A stretch of 64,000 bases of DNA from Lytechinus pictus. Taxonomy: Eukaryota. Positions within the stretch are counted from its first letter, which is position 1. The number at the start of each line of letters is the position of its first letter. The notes under the pieces are model-generated. The model was not told where the DNA came from, made no database searches, and saw only the letters and a program-made list of their open reading frames with translations. Made by a program: the position numbers and the translations under genes. Location: positions 10,108,001 through 10,172,000 of the forward strand of contig NC_087249.1 of NCBI RefSeq assembly GCF_037042905.1, given 5' to 3'. Below are positions 63,086 to 64,000 of the stretch, in pieces.

Positions 63086-63157
63086 GTCTCTGTGGTCTAG
63101 TGGTTAAGGCACCGGCGTTCAAAGCTGGGGGCCCGGGTTCGATTCCCGGCAGGGACA
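63086..63157 (+). tRNA. tRNA-like gene, 72 nt, anticodon UCA in the canonical 7-nt loop reading (opal-suppressor-like, Glu-like body)
   Basis: GTCTCTG TG GTCT AGTGGTTA AGGC A CCGGC GTTCAAA GCTGG GGGC CCGGG TTCGATT CCCGG CAGGGAC A. All four stems pair, A and B boxes are intact, and a T6 Pol III terminator follows directly. G at position 32 is non-canonical. Confidence 0.65.
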
Positions 63158-63310
63158 TTTTTTCGGCATCACCAAATTTTCCCAAAGGGTAGATAGCTCT
63201 GGGGAACCTTGATTTAAGCTACGCCTACCATTGTTCTCTTCATCCATTTCTTTACAATATTCAAATAAAAGAGTTGCCAAAGCTGTTGTCCATGTATAAC
63301 TTTAAACATT

Positions 63311-63375
<65 letters not shown>

Positions 63376-64000
63376 TGATGATAAGTTTACTTCTACTAAT
63401 CGCTGTTGAGTTGTGAATATTAAACATGAGATGAGGCGAGGCCAACCAATGATGGTGTCCTGCGTCATCTGTTGAGTGATCACGAATTTCCTTGTTGACC
63501 ATAATAGATTGCGAGACAAATGAATACCCTCTAGCGATTATTTCATTCCGCAATAATGAACCTATTTAGTACTATGAATATTTTTTTTCACATTTTACAC
63601 TTCTATTTAATTCATTTTATTTTTTCAAGTCTTATTTTAGATAATGAACTATATGCATGCTGCCCTTTTCCACACCAATTTGTTGTACTCTCTTTTTGCT
63701 GAGGCAATTCATGTGCCCGCTCTCCTGCACACTTCTCCCTCTCTCGATCCACTCCCTTGCCTTTCTTCTTCATGCCCTTTTCCTAGCCCTACTTCATTTC
63801 CTGTTTTGTATTTGTATTGTAGGCTATTTGTGGTACAGGCGTATATATCCCATGCACCACAAGTTTAGCGTTTAGGGAATGGCGCCGTCTTCTGTTAACA
63901 GATCTGTTAACAGATCTTTTTTAAGTATATCTACGCTATTTTAATTTTGTATGGATTATATTGAAAAATGTGATATTTTGTGAAGATGGAAGAAAATTAA

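Larger units (their letters stand above)
62559..63477. mobile_element. Palindromic (foldback) element carrying two divergent tRNA-like genes and (TA)n tracts
   Basis: Arms 62559-62959 and 63086-63477 are near-identical reverse complements around a 126 bp unique spacer. Confidence 0.75.

Noticed and set aside
63086..63157. Call as selenocysteine tRNA
   Set aside because: Only 72 nt with a 4-nt variable loop and a 7/5 acceptor/T-stem layout; tRNA-Sec has a long variable arm and extended stems

Overview
AT-rich, repeat-dense animal genomic DNA. The repeat landscape suggests a marine invertebrate, probably a sea urchin or other echinoderm (inference). Two spliced protein-coding genes lie in tandem on the minus strand, both assembled by hand with GT-AG introns and consistent phases. 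One is an SLC35F6-like transporter (12 exons, CDS 21504->5388, 427 aa). The other is an RGS9BP/R9AP-like tail-anchored protein (7 coding exons, CDS 42929->30028, 281 aa). The rest is mostly transposon-derived: tRNA-derived SINEs, LINE remnants (RTE, CR1/L2-like, L1/Tx1), TTAA/Kolobok-like, Tc1-like, hAT-like, Harbinger-like and Helentron-like non-autonomous elements, a 6.8 kb IS3EU-like foldback in a multi-level nest, and a Penelope-like fragment with a minimal hammerhead ribozyme. The most unusual item is a ~920 bp palindrome (62559-63477) carrying two divergent, cloverleaf-competent tRNA-like genes whose anticodon reads UCA (would decode UGA). It is joined to the same ~100 bp module that brackets the Penelope fragment. 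All family names come from recognition of sequence features; no database search was run.
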